A program made the position numbers and the translations under genes. Below the pieces are notes generated by a model, which worked only from the letters and a program-made list of their open reading frames with translations, was not told where the DNA came from and did not search any database. Positions 1 to 8,268 of a DNA stretch of 64,000 bases are shown here, piece after piece. Each line of letters opens with the position of its first letter. Position 1 is the stretch's first letter. This DNA comes from an uncultured Flavobacteriales bacterium (GTDB lineage: Bacteria; Bacteroidota; Bacteroidia; Flavobacteriales_G; Salibacteraceae), in assembly GCA_913062955.1 (NCBI GenBank), contig CAJXZP010000003.1:45883-109882 (forward strand), written 5' to 3'.

Positions 1-273
1 TACTTCAAGCGTCCGTTTGTGGTGGGGTTATGGTATAGAGGTATTCCGGGATTAAAAGCGTACAAAACAGGATACCAAAATAATGATGCTATTGTGATAT
101 TATCCGGAATGGAGTTTAATAAAATTAAAATTTCCTATTCGTACGATATTACCATAAGTAAAATGTGGGCTAATACCGGTGGGGCGCACGAAGTTAGTGT
201 TATATACGAATATATGAACCCCCATAAAAAACGGAGAAAACGCAGAGTAAAACTAGCTTGTCCTAAGTTTTAA
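1..273 (+). CDS. Type IX secretion system membrane protein, PorP/SprF family (5'-truncated by window edge)
   Basis: Frame is open from base 1. C-terminal GLWYRG...YSYDITISK...GAHEVS...CPKF is typical of PorP/SprF beta-barrels. Confidence 0.8.
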   Translation, partial: YFKRPFVVGLWYRGIPGLKAYKTGYQNNDAIVILSGMEFNKIKISYSYDITISKMWANTGGAHEVSVIYEYMNPHKKRRKRRVKLACPKF

Positions 274-362
274 ATTAGGTAAAAAGGGCTTTTGAGTTAA
301 ACTTAAACCTGATAGGGTTTCCTATATTCAAAACAAGAAAGTAAAATTAGTATTGGATTCAA

Positions 363-989
363 TTACTTGTGTATGATCCGTATCTGTTCCTCCTTCCCTC
401 TTGAAAATAGAGTGGAATCCTGAAGGTTGGAATTATAAAATTGACATAATCCCTGGAGTGAATTTATATGCTCCATAAGAGGTTTTTTCATCCGTAAACT
501 CAGGGCTGTTTTATCATTAACTCCAGTATAAGAGCAAAATAAAGAATCGGTCGAATAATCAATTTCAATTTCCATCTCTTTCCATTCGACTTTACCTGCT
601 ATCGCACTTCCATAATACATAATATCTGATGTCCATTTGGAGTAGAAAGCTTTAGTAACCATCCGACCATCTTTACCTATTTCTCCGAATTCTACAATAA
701 TTTTCTCGGTACATTCAATTCCTCGCATATACGATCTTCGAAACGCCCATGTTCTGGATGCTTCGAGTCTCTTTTCATTTATCGTTCCGCTAAATTTTAA
801 GTGACTATATTCTTCCAAACTGTAAAAGAAGGGAAGATGGGGAGGGAGATCATCTAAGTAATCAATGTGAGCTCTTTCATTTATCACGTATTTTAAAGAA
901 AGTAAGGACTGATCCTTAAAAGTGATGTCCTGTGAATAAGAAATAATAGCGCACGTCATAAATGCGAGTAGGAAGATAGGTGTTTTCAT
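363..989 (-). CDS. Hypothetical exported protein
   Basis: 208-aa ORF with signal-peptide-like N-terminus (MKTPIFLLAFMTCAIISYSQ); no family recognised. Confidence 0.65.
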   Translation of the reverse strand: MKTPIFLLAFMTCAIISYSQDITFKDQSLLSLKYVINERAHIDYLDDLPPHLPFFYSLEEYSHLKFSGTINEKRLEASRTWAFRRSYMRGIECTEKIIVEFGEIGKDGRMVTKAFYSKWTSDIMYYGSAIAGKVEWKEMEIEIDYSTDSLFCSYTGVNDKTALSLRMKKPLMEHINSLQGLCQFYNSNLQDSTLFSRGKEEQIRIIHK

Positions 990-1179
990 AAATTAAAATT
1001 ACTTTTAAATAAGTAGATGAAAAATGGTCCCGAAAACTCACTACCGAAACAGGCAAGATGTGTACGAAGGAATAGCAATGGTTTAGATGCTAATAAATTA
1101 GGATTTGGCATCGAGTAAAACCATGAAGGGCCAATCTTCCTGTAACTAAAGTCCAACCTTTTTAGTTTCAGTAATCATG

Positions 1180-1212
1180 AAAAAACCTATTCCACAATAG
1201 GTGAAATAGGTT
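1180..1212 (-). terminator. Intrinsic terminator downstream of the lectin gene
   Basis: Minus strand reads AACCTATTTCAC-CTATT-GTGGAATAGGTT followed by a T-run. Confidence 0.7.
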
Positions 1213-1239
1213 CTTGAGTTTTAGGTTTGAGTGAAAGGT

Positions 1240-2052
1240 TTAACTAGCCGGAACTCCCACACTTTGTAATTGAGCCTTAAAACCAATGGGTCCTTCACCG
1301 GTATAGGTCATCTCTCCCGTTAATCTTTCACCCTCCTTAGAGGAGAAGCTTAGTTTCTCCACATTTTGGTTGTTACGGTTACCAATAATCATATTTCCCC
1401 CTTGATGCCAAGGAGCAGAGGAACCTCCCCATTGGTTACTCACCTCATAATTATTTCCTTCTGCCAAAGTTCCTTTAAATCCAATGGGACCCTCTCCTTT
1501 GTATTGCATGGTTCCCGTTAGCGTTTTACCATGATCGTTTGAACTAATATTCATCGCAATAACGTCTTGGTTAGAACGACCACTTAGAGCCCACGTACCT
1601 CCTTGATGCCACGGAGCTGAAGTACCTCCCCATTGGTTTTCAGTAGTATACCCGGGTGTGGCGGTTCCTTTGAAGCCAATTGGTCCTTCCCCAAGATAAG
1701 TCATTTCTCCATTTAGCATATTTTGCTTATCCGCTTTTACATTTACGGAAATAGCACGTTGAGAAGTTCTTCCTCCAATGATCCATTGACCGTCATTATG
1801 CCAGGATGCACTGGATCCTCCCCAGCGTACCTCAACTTCATACACATTCGCAAAAACATGTACTGCTTTTACCGAAATTGGACCTTCACCTTCATAAGCC
1901 ATAGTTCCAGTAAATGTATCTCCGTGGTCTTTTGAGCTGATCTCTACGGATAGGATAGATTGATTGGAACGACCGCCTAAAATCCATGTGTTTCCAGGAT
2001 GCCAAGGAGCACTTGTGCCTCCCCATTGATTTTGTACTTGATAAACTGACAT
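1240..2052 (-). CDS. OAA-family (Oscillatoria agardhii agglutinin-like / myxobacterial hemagglutinin-like) lectin with four ~66-aa repeats
   Basis: Four copies of (NQ)WGGxSAPW...(G)xRxxQ...G(T/E)MxYxGEGPIGFK, the signature of the OAA/MBHA/ESA-2 family. No signal peptide. Confidence 0.93.
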   Translation of the reverse strand: MSVYQVQNQWGGTSAPWHPGNTWILGGRSNQSILSVEISSKDHGDTFTGTMAYEGEGPISVKAVHVFANVYEVEVRWGGSSASWHNDGQWIIGGRTSQRAISVNVKADKQNMLNGEMTYLGEGPIGFKGTATPGYTTENQWGGTSAPWHQGGTWALSGRSNQDVIAMNISSNDHGKTLTGTMQYKGEGPIGFKGTLAEGNNYEVSNQWGGSSAPWHQGGNMIIGNRNNQNVEKLSFSSKEGERLTGEMTYTGEGPIGFKAQLQSVGVPAS

Positions 2053-2281
2053 AATTATTGTTTTTAAGTTGATGCTAAGTCCCGTTGGTCCTTAACCTGC
2101 CACTAATTAGTAGTGGACTTTTAATAGACCCATTTATTCTTTTAAAAGAATTGATTATCCAATCCCCAAATGGTAAAATCAAGAATGGGATAGTAGCTAC
2201 TCAGTCGATTTACTTACTCTTGATTCCATACAAATATCAGAAGCTTTTAGGAATTGCCTAAGGGTATAAATACGTGACTGT

Positions 2282-2289
2282 CAAAATTA
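2282..2289 (-). promoter_or_regulatory. Possible Bacteroidota sigma70 -7 element for the lectin gene
   Basis: TAATTTTG on the minus strand matches TAnnTTTG; no clear -33 TTTG at canonical spacing. Confidence 0.3.
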
Positions 2290-2455
2290 TGTAGGATTAC
2301 TGAGTTTCGGTGGATTGTACTTAGTTTAAAAAAAATGTAATCGACAAAACAAAAGGGTAATTGTTAATATCGTTGCAAAAAGTTAAATTTCATCCGGTTT
2401 GTCGATACTCTGGTTTAGCTTAGTTCGTCATAAACGAAACCTAAAACTATTAACG

Positions 2456-2923
2456 ATGATAAATAAAACTTGGAGTTTTATTCTTGCGATTGGGCTGTAT
2501 GTTCAAACGGCCCAATCGCAAGAAACAGATCCTACTTTTGTGGTTTGTGAACATGTACGCATATGGCCATATTACCACCCTGATTTAACGAATAAAATTA
2601 GTTTTTGGGATATTAAACATCACTTTGAGAAGGATTATCCGCTATCTTCTTTTCAGAAAATGAAACACAACTCAGGAATAATTACCGTGAAATTTTGGGT
2701 GAATTGTCACGGTGAAATGGGTGGGTTTAATGTGCTAGAATGTGATTTGACCTATAAAGAGACCCAATTAAATGTGGGGATTTCTAACTATTTTTTGAAG
2801 AAGACTAAATTACTAACCCAGTGGGAAGTACCTGTGAATTCACATGGAACCCAGGTTAATAGTCACAAATTCTACTCTTTTAGAATTGTGAATGGAAAAC
2901 TCATTCAAATCCTACCGAAATGA
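2456..2923 (+). CDS. Hypothetical exported protein, possibly TonB-C-terminal-like
   Basis: Start moved to ATG 2456 (MINKTWSFILAIGLYVQTAQS signal peptide). Overlaps the next gene by 4 bp. Confidence 0.65.
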   Translation: MINKTWSFILAIGLYVQTAQSQETDPTFVVCEHVRIWPYYHPDLTNKISFWDIKHHFEKDYPLSSFQKMKHNSGIITVKFWVNCHGEMGGFNVLECDLTYKETQLNVGISNYFLKKTKLLTQWEVPVNSHGTQVNSHKFYSFRIVNGKLIQILPK

Positions 2924-3822
2924 GGGCTGGAAGATTTGTACTCGGATGGAGTGTACTAGGTATACTTGGTTTTACATTAGGATGTACTTCTAATGGGGTA
3001 AAAGAAAAGGAAGTCCCTAAAAAGATTGATGTTATTCGGTACCTGAATGATTTAGATTCTGCTGGGATAGATATTGAGAATGATTCCGTTCTTTTTCAAT
3101 ATGGTTATCAAGCCATTTATTTTGGGAAGGATGAGGCTGGAAATGCATTGATTGATTATGCCTTTTCAAGGATGGATAGTGTCACTGCCGATGATTATCG
3201 TCATTGGTCCGTTCAGAATACCAAAAATGGAAATTATGCCAAGGCAATCGAGTTGTTGGAAAAGGCTATGGAGCTAAATCCGCAAGAAACAAGTAGGTAC
3301 TACGGTTGGGTGTTGTTATACTATTACAGAGATTATCATAAAGCGTTGTCTATTTTAAATTTACATGATGATTACACTCCCAATTTCGATGATGCCCCGA
3401 TGGGAGAGGATATCCATTACCTGAAAGGTTTGTGTTACATGCAACTCTTGGACTATAATAAAGCTCTTTCCGAATTTGATAGGTACATAACCCATACCAC
3501 TGAAAGCCATGGAGAAAAATTTGTGAATGTTTACACTTTTGTACAAAAAGGGAGATGCCTGGAAATAGTAGGAAAACCAAAGAAAGCGATTCAAGCTTTT
3601 GAAAAGGCTATTGAGTTATATGATAAATGCTCGGAGGCTTATTACTTTATGGGGCTCGCACAATTAAAAATGGGAGAAAAAGAATTGGCGTGCGAAAACT
3701 TTAATACCGCTTTACAATTGGTAAATAAAGGCTATAAAAGTGAAGATAATTATGTGGAATATTTTCATGAAATTTACGCTCCTCAAATTAAGCAATCCAT
3801 TCAGTTGAATTGTACCCATTAA
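2920..3822 (+). CDS. Tetratricopeptide-repeat lipoprotein
   Basis: Lipobox-like TLGC; TPR-like helices (YAKAIELLEKAMELNP, AIQAFEKAIELYDKCSEAYYFMG). Confidence 0.8.
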   Translation: MRAGRFVLGWSVLGILGFTLGCTSNGVKEKEVPKKIDVIRYLNDLDSAGIDIENDSVLFQYGYQAIYFGKDEAGNALIDYAFSRMDSVTADDYRHWSVQNTKNGNYAKAIELLEKAMELNPQETSRYYGWVLLYYYRDYHKALSILNLHDDYTPNFDDAPMGEDIHYLKGLCYMQLLDYNKALSEFDRYITHTTESHGEKFVNVYTFVQKGRCLEIVGKPKKAIQAFEKAIELYDKCSEAYYFMGLAQLKMGEKELACENFNTALQLVNKGYKSEDNYVEYFHEIYAPQIKQSIQLNCTH

Positions 3823-3831
3823 TTAGTGGAA

Positions 3832-4176
3832 ATGGAAAAGAATACAAATTTAACATGGGATGAATTCTCAAAGGTAGAAATGCGTGTGGGTACTATTCTT
3901 ACGGTGGAGGAATTTATAGAAGCGAGAACCCCGGCATATAAGATGACCATTGATTTTGGGGGGCTGGGCATAAGGAAAACTTCTGCTCAAATAACGGTAT
4001 TGTATGCCATGAAAGAGTTAATTGGTAAACAGGTAATCGCAGTAGTTAATTTTCCTCCCAGGCAAATAGCCACGATGATGAGCGAATGTTTGGTGTTAGG
4101 TGGATTAGGTGACCAAAAGGAAGTAACTCTTTTGGAGCCCGGTATGAAAGTGAAAAATGGTACTCGAATAGGATAA
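3832..4176 (+). CDS. csaA: tRNA-binding / export chaperone CsaA (Trbp111 family)
   Basis: EMRVGTI...AYKMTIDFG...SAQIT...VVNFPPRQIA...SECLVLG...GTRIG OB-fold signature. Confidence 0.88.
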   Translation: MEKNTNLTWDEFSKVEMRVGTILTVEEFIEARTPAYKMTIDFGGLGIRKTSAQITVLYAMKELIGKQVIAVVNFPPRQIATMMSECLVLGGLGDQKEVTLLEPGMKVKNGTRIG

Positions 4177-4596
4177 ATGATGAATTATATATTCTTGACG
4201 CATATTTTTATCACCTTTTTTATGACCGGACTTTGTTGGTTTGTGCAGGTGGTTCATTATCCTTTGTTTAAGGAAATCCCCTTAGATAAACTTCCCAATT
4301 ATGAACGTAAGAATGCGGTGACGGCCTATATTACTGTTCCATTAATGATTGTAGAATTGATGACTGGGATGGTCATTCTTTATTTCAATCCAGAGTGGGT
4401 GTATTTGATCAACGTTTTCTTGATGGGTGTTATTGGCCTTAGTACTTTTATGTTTCAAGTGCCTATTCATTTAAAATTAATGCACTGGGCATCGCCTGAT
4501 CTGATTAATAAAGTAACCCAAACAAATTGGATACGAACCGTAAGTTGGACGATTAGAAGTGGAGTTCTATTTTATGTGTTAATGCTTAAATTGTAG
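4177..4596 (+). CDS. Hypothetical four-helix membrane protein
   Basis: Four hydrophobic segments; GLCWFVQVVHYP and NWIRT motifs. Confidence 0.7.
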   Translation: MMNYIFLTHIFITFFMTGLCWFVQVVHYPLFKEIPLDKLPNYERKNAVTAYITVPLMIVELMTGMVILYFNPEWVYLINVFLMGVIGLSTFMFQVPIHLKLMHWASPDLINKVTQTNWIRTVSWTIRSGVLFYVLMLKL

Positions 4597-4607
4597 GCAA
4601 TTAGGCT

Positions 4608-4637
4608 TTTGGTTCTCCTTTGTAGCTATTATATTTG
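4608..4637 (+). promoter_or_regulatory. Bacteroidota sigma70 promoter (-33/-7)
   Basis: TTTG (4608-4611), 18-nt spacer, TATATTTG (4630-4637), upstream of ATG 4663. Confidence 0.6.
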
Positions 4638-4662
4638 AGAAAATAAAATAAACCTATTCGCT

Positions 4663-5268
4663 ATGATAATATATGGAACAAAGGCAGTTCATTTAAAATC
4701 GGAACAGTCGGTGACCGCTATTTGCCCAAGTTGTGAAACCCAAGGGACCACTATTTTTTCAGTTTTTCGTAAACATGCCCATATATTTTGGGTGCCGTTA
4801 TTTCCTATTGGGAAAGTAAGCCAGTCCACGTGTGAGCATTGTAAAGCAACCCTGGAGGAAAAAGAAATGCCGGCTACTTTTAAACGAGAATTGGATGTGG
4901 TGAAGAGTACCTCAAAAGGTCCAATTTGGCAATTTTCTGGGATCGCCATTATTGCGGTTCTGATCGTGTGGGGGAATTTTGCAAATGACTTGGATAAAGA
5001 AGAAGAATTGACGTTTATAGCAGCTCCTTTATTAGGAGATATCTATGAATATAAAATGACGAGTAATTCATATTCTACGTGGAAGGTTGTTGGGGTTAGC
5101 TCTGATAGTGTGGAGATATCCGAAAACCAATATGAAATTAATAAGTTGTCTAAAATTTACAAAATTGACAAACCAGAGAATTATTCTTTGTATCCTTTTA
5201 AGATTGCGAAAACGACCTTGCAATTCATGTATGATTCAGGCGATATAAAGGATATTAATAGAGATTAG
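4663..5268 (+). CDS. Zinc-ribbon domain membrane protein
   Basis: MIIYGT...CPSC...HIFWVPLFP...CEHC followed by one TM segment. Confidence 0.75.
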   Translation: MIIYGTKAVHLKSEQSVTAICPSCETQGTTIFSVFRKHAHIFWVPLFPIGKVSQSTCEHCKATLEEKEMPATFKRELDVVKSTSKGPIWQFSGIAIIAVLIVWGNFANDLDKEEELTFIAAPLLGDIYEYKMTSNSYSTWKVVGVSSDSVEISENQYEINKLSKIYKIDKPENYSLYPFKIAKTTLQFMYDSGDIKDINRD

Positions 5269-5365
5269 ATAGGGAGGGCTAACTGTGATTTGTGTTTATG
5301 TTTGCTTTATTCGTGTAAGTGGATAGGTGGGATGTACATCTATTTTTGTTTAAATATTTAGAACA

Positions 5366-6400
5366 ATGAATCAGTTTGGAGCTAAGGTAACGAAGGAATT
5401 AGAAAAGCAATATTCCATATCACCCAATTGGAAAAATGGAAAGTTTGAAAATTTGGTAGAAACCAAGATGGATATGAGCTTACAAACGATACCCAAACTA
5501 TTATACAAACAGTTTTTTAAGTCCCAGGGTAGAATGCCAAGGAAGCCATTAGACATAATTGCTTTTAATAAGGAGGCTTTTTTAGCGCCTTCTCAAGAAG
5601 CTAAAATGATTTGGTTTGGTCATTCGGTGGTACTGATGCGTTTAAACAATAAAACGATCCTAATTGATCCGATGTTGGGTCCAAATGCATCCCCAATAGC
5701 TCCCTTTGCCACCAAACGGTTTTCGGAAAATAGCTTGGATCTAATTGATCAATTTCCGGATATTGATTTGATTTTAATGACCCATGATCATTACGATCAT
5801 TTGGATTTGGACAGTATTAGAAACCTTAAAAACAAAACCAACCATTTTTATGTCCCTTTAGGCCTAAAACGTCATTTACTTAAATGGGGTGTGGAAAGTG
5901 CTAGGATAACCGAATTTGATTGGTGGGAGAAGCAAAGTTTTGAAGGAATTGATATTACCTATACCCCAACTAGGCACTTTACCGGCAGAGGGCTTACTGA
6001 TAGGGCAAAATCGCTTTGGGGTGGCTGGGTAATGAAAACCAAGTCACAGAATATTTGGTTTAGCGGTGATGGGGGATTTGGGGCACATTTTAAGGAAATT
6101 GGAGATGCCCTAGGACCTTTCGATTTAGCATTTATGGAATGTGGGCAATACAATGAGAACTGGCACGCCATACATATGTATCCCGAAGAAAGTGTTCAGG
6201 CCACTTTAGATGCAAATGTGAAAAGAGCATTACCGGTACATTGGGCTGGGTTTGCATTAGCTCAACACCACTGGAAAGAACCCATAACTAGGTTTGTAAA
6301 AGAGGCGCATAAAAAAAAGTTAGATATTTTCACTCCTCAAATTGGTGAAATGTTTGATGCCCATTGTATCTCCGGGAATTGGTGGGAGTCATTAGATTAA
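5366..6400 (+). CDS. MBL-fold metallo-hydrolase (NAPE-PLD/RomA-like)
   Basis: WFGHS, THDHYDHLD, PTRHFTGR, FSGDGG, ECGQYN, IHMYPEE, PVHW motifs. Confidence 0.9.
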   Translation: MNQFGAKVTKELEKQYSISPNWKNGKFENLVETKMDMSLQTIPKLLYKQFFKSQGRMPRKPLDIIAFNKEAFLAPSQEAKMIWFGHSVVLMRLNNKTILIDPMLGPNASPIAPFATKRFSENSLDLIDQFPDIDLILMTHDHYDHLDLDSIRNLKNKTNHFYVPLGLKRHLLKWGVESARITEFDWWEKQSFEGIDITYTPTRHFTGRGLTDRAKSLWGGWVMKTKSQNIWFSGDGGFGAHFKEIGDALGPFDLAFMECGQYNENWHAIHMYPEESVQATLDANVKRALPVHWAGFALAQHHWKEPITRFVKEAHKKKLDIFTPQIGEMFDAHCISGNWWESLD

Positions 6401-6409
6401 TTTATTGTT

Positions 6410-6913
6410 TTGGTACACAAAGGAAATATTAAAAGAGCTGAAAAATCGGATATTCTAGGGATATTGGAAATTTTGAATTACGAGATCACTCATTCTACCG
6501 CTTTATACGAATATGAACCCCGGTCCTTGGCCCAACAATTGGATTGGTTTATGGACAAGCAGGAGAATAATTTTCCGGTTATTGTGGTTGTTAAAGAAGG
6601 TAAAGTACTAGGATTTGGCAGTTTTGGAGCATTTAGACCCCGACCAGCATATCGATTTACAGTAGAGCATTCCGTATATGTCCATCATGAGTTTCATGGA
6701 CAAGGAATAGGGAAACGACTATTAAAGCAATTAATAGCCTTGGCAAAAGAGGATGGTTACCATTCTATGATAGCCGTGATTGATAGTTTAAACGCTGGTA
6801 GTATCCAGTTTCATACTACCTTTGGTTTTGTGGAAATTGGTCAACTTCGAGAAGTAGGATATAAGTTTGATCGTTGGCTAGATTTGACATTAATGCAATT
6901 GAGGATCGAGTAG
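6410..6913 (+). CDS. GNAT N-acetyltransferase, phosphinothricin/methionine-sulfoximine (Pat/YncA) type
   Basis: AYRFTVEHSVYV, GQGIGKRLL, GYKFDRWLD. Confidence 0.88.
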   Translation: MVHKGNIKRAEKSDILGILEILNYEITHSTALYEYEPRSLAQQLDWFMDKQENNFPVIVVVKEGKVLGFGSFGAFRPRPAYRFTVEHSVYVHHEFHGQGIGKRLLKQLIALAKEDGYHSMIAVIDSLNAGSIQFHTTFGFVEIGQLREVGYKFDRWLDLTLMQLRIE

Positions 6914-6952
6914 GAGTATTATTTTTACAGACGATAAAAGAAACCAAATTTT

Positions 6953-7390
6953 ATGAAATATTCGTGTAGTGTAGAAATCAATAAATCAATGTATGAGGTA
7001 ATTGAACTCTGGGAAAACGAAGATAATTTTCATTATTGGCAAGATGGTTTTGAGCGGATTGATTTGATTTCGGGGACAAAGAATTCTGTGGGTGCGGTTT
7101 CAAAAATTCTTATTGTTCAAGGTAAAATGAAAATTGCGTTAGAGGAAACACTGTTAGTGTATAATTTACCTCAAGAGAAGTCAGCGAGATATGTCCATAA
7201 ACATATGACCAACATCCAAACAACGCGATTTGAAAAAGTAAATGAAACAACTACTCGTTATATTTCAGAAGTGGAATACACACAATTCAATGGATTAACG
7301 CTTAAAATTATGGCGAAGTTATTTCCTCGTAAATTCAAAGAGCAAAGTCAGAAGTGGATGATTCAGTTTAAAGACTTTGCTGAAAAATAA
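6953..7390 (+). CDS. SRPBCC (START-like) family protein
   Basis: MKYSCSVEINK...LW...WQ N-terminus; C-terminal helix FKEQSQKWMIQFKDFAE. Confidence 0.75.
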   Translation: MKYSCSVEINKSMYEVIELWENEDNFHYWQDGFERIDLISGTKNSVGAVSKILIVQGKMKIALEETLLVYNLPQEKSARYVHKHMTNIQTTRFEKVNETTTRYISEVEYTQFNGLTLKIMAKLFPRKFKEQSQKWMIQFKDFAEK

Positions 7391-7602
7391 CCTTTCCCTG
7401 TTTTATTAGCTCTTTTTCTCTCCTTTCAAATCGTGATGATCATTTTATTTCTTTTCATATATCCCTGTGGTACGTAGAGAGTTTGCTAAAGGTTGGGTGG
7501 AAATTGAAAGTTTTTTTAAATTTTTTTCCGAAATAGGAGGTACGTTCCTAAATTATTCTATTTTTAGATCGTTAAATCACACATAATCAATTACAAAAAA
7601 AA

Positions 7603-7803
7603 ATGAAAAAGAGACTAGAACAAAAAATGGTTTTTGTATCTCTCCTGCTATTTTTCATTTTTAATATGCCATTTTTACTTCTTTTTGAAGGAAGTTTTGG
7701 CGAATTTGAAACACCAACATTGTATGTTGGAATAATAGCGGGGTGGTTGTTCGCAGTATTATTGAGTTATAAAATATTGAAACGTAAATATTCTGTAAGG
7801 TAA
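7603..7803 (+). CDS. Small two-helix membrane protein (66 aa)
   Basis: A-rich leader, MKKRLEQK basic start and two hydrophobic segments. Resembles, from recall, the small gene preceding SLC5-type sensor kinases in Flavobacteriales. Confidence 0.65.
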   Translation: MKKRLEQKMVFVSLLLFFIFNMPFLLLFEGSFGEFETPTLYVGIIAGWLFAVLLSYKILKRKYSVR

Positions 7804-7828
7804 TTAAACCAAATCTATACTAATCTAA

Positions 7829-7863
7829 TTTGGGAGAAGGGTTATTGAAATCCTTCTCCAATT
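7829..7863. terminator. Terminator-like hairpin after the 66-aa ORF
   Basis: GGAGAAGG / CCTTCTCC stem with flanking partial pairing; no long U-tract. Confidence 0.4.
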
Positions 7864-8050
7864 AGAAAATTTCCTTTCCAAAGCTTTCGTATTCAATATT
7901 TATCCACTCTAATGTATCTAATAGTTATCGTCTTGGCGTGGGTAGATGAGGTCTAGGTAATCCTTGATTTACCAAATATTTCCGCGGTGCTCCAGCGTAT
8001 TTTTTTGTATTCAAAAATTTATTCAAGCAAGCTTGAGAAGTTTTGATCAC

Positions 8051-8082
8051 AAAAAAAAGGGTTGACTAATTGTCAACCCTTT
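8051..8082 (-). terminator. Duplicated intrinsic terminator (repeat copy)
   Basis: AAAGGGTTGAC-AATTA-GTCAACCCTTT plus T-run on the minus strand. Confidence 0.75.
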
Positions 8083-8226
8083 AAATTTTATGCGGAGAGT
8101 GAGGGATTTGTCCCAGATCCCTTGTTTGAATTAAGCGGCTCATCCCATTCAAAGCTTCCGCGGTGCTCCAACTTATTTTTTTGTATTCAAAAATTTATTC
8201 AAGCAAGCTTGAGAAATTTTGATCAC

Positions 8227-8258
8227 AAAAAAAAGGGTTGACTAATTGTCAACCCTTT
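8227..8258 (-). terminator. Intrinsic terminator of tRNA-Ser
   Basis: Same 11-bp stem with T-run, starting about 10 nt after the tRNA 3' end. Confidence 0.8.
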
Positions 8259-8268
8259 AAGTTTTATG

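Noticed and set aside
1078-1124. Imperfect hairpin ATGGTTT-GATGCTAA...TTGGCATC-AAACCAT upstream of the 208-aa gene
   Set aside because: No riboswitch consensus and no U-tract; not distinguishable from chance without covariation data.
1400-2040. Regularly spaced ~35-bp similar motifs (TGCCAxGGAGC...CCTCCCCATTG) about 200 bp apart, superficially CRISPR-like
   Set aside because: They are the in-frame NQWGGxSAPWH codons of the four lectin repeats. Spacing is far too long for CRISPR and no cas genes are present.
8093-8108. Second tRNA-Ser gene
   Set aside because: Only the last 16 bp match; there is no D-arm, anticodon arm or TTCGA loop.
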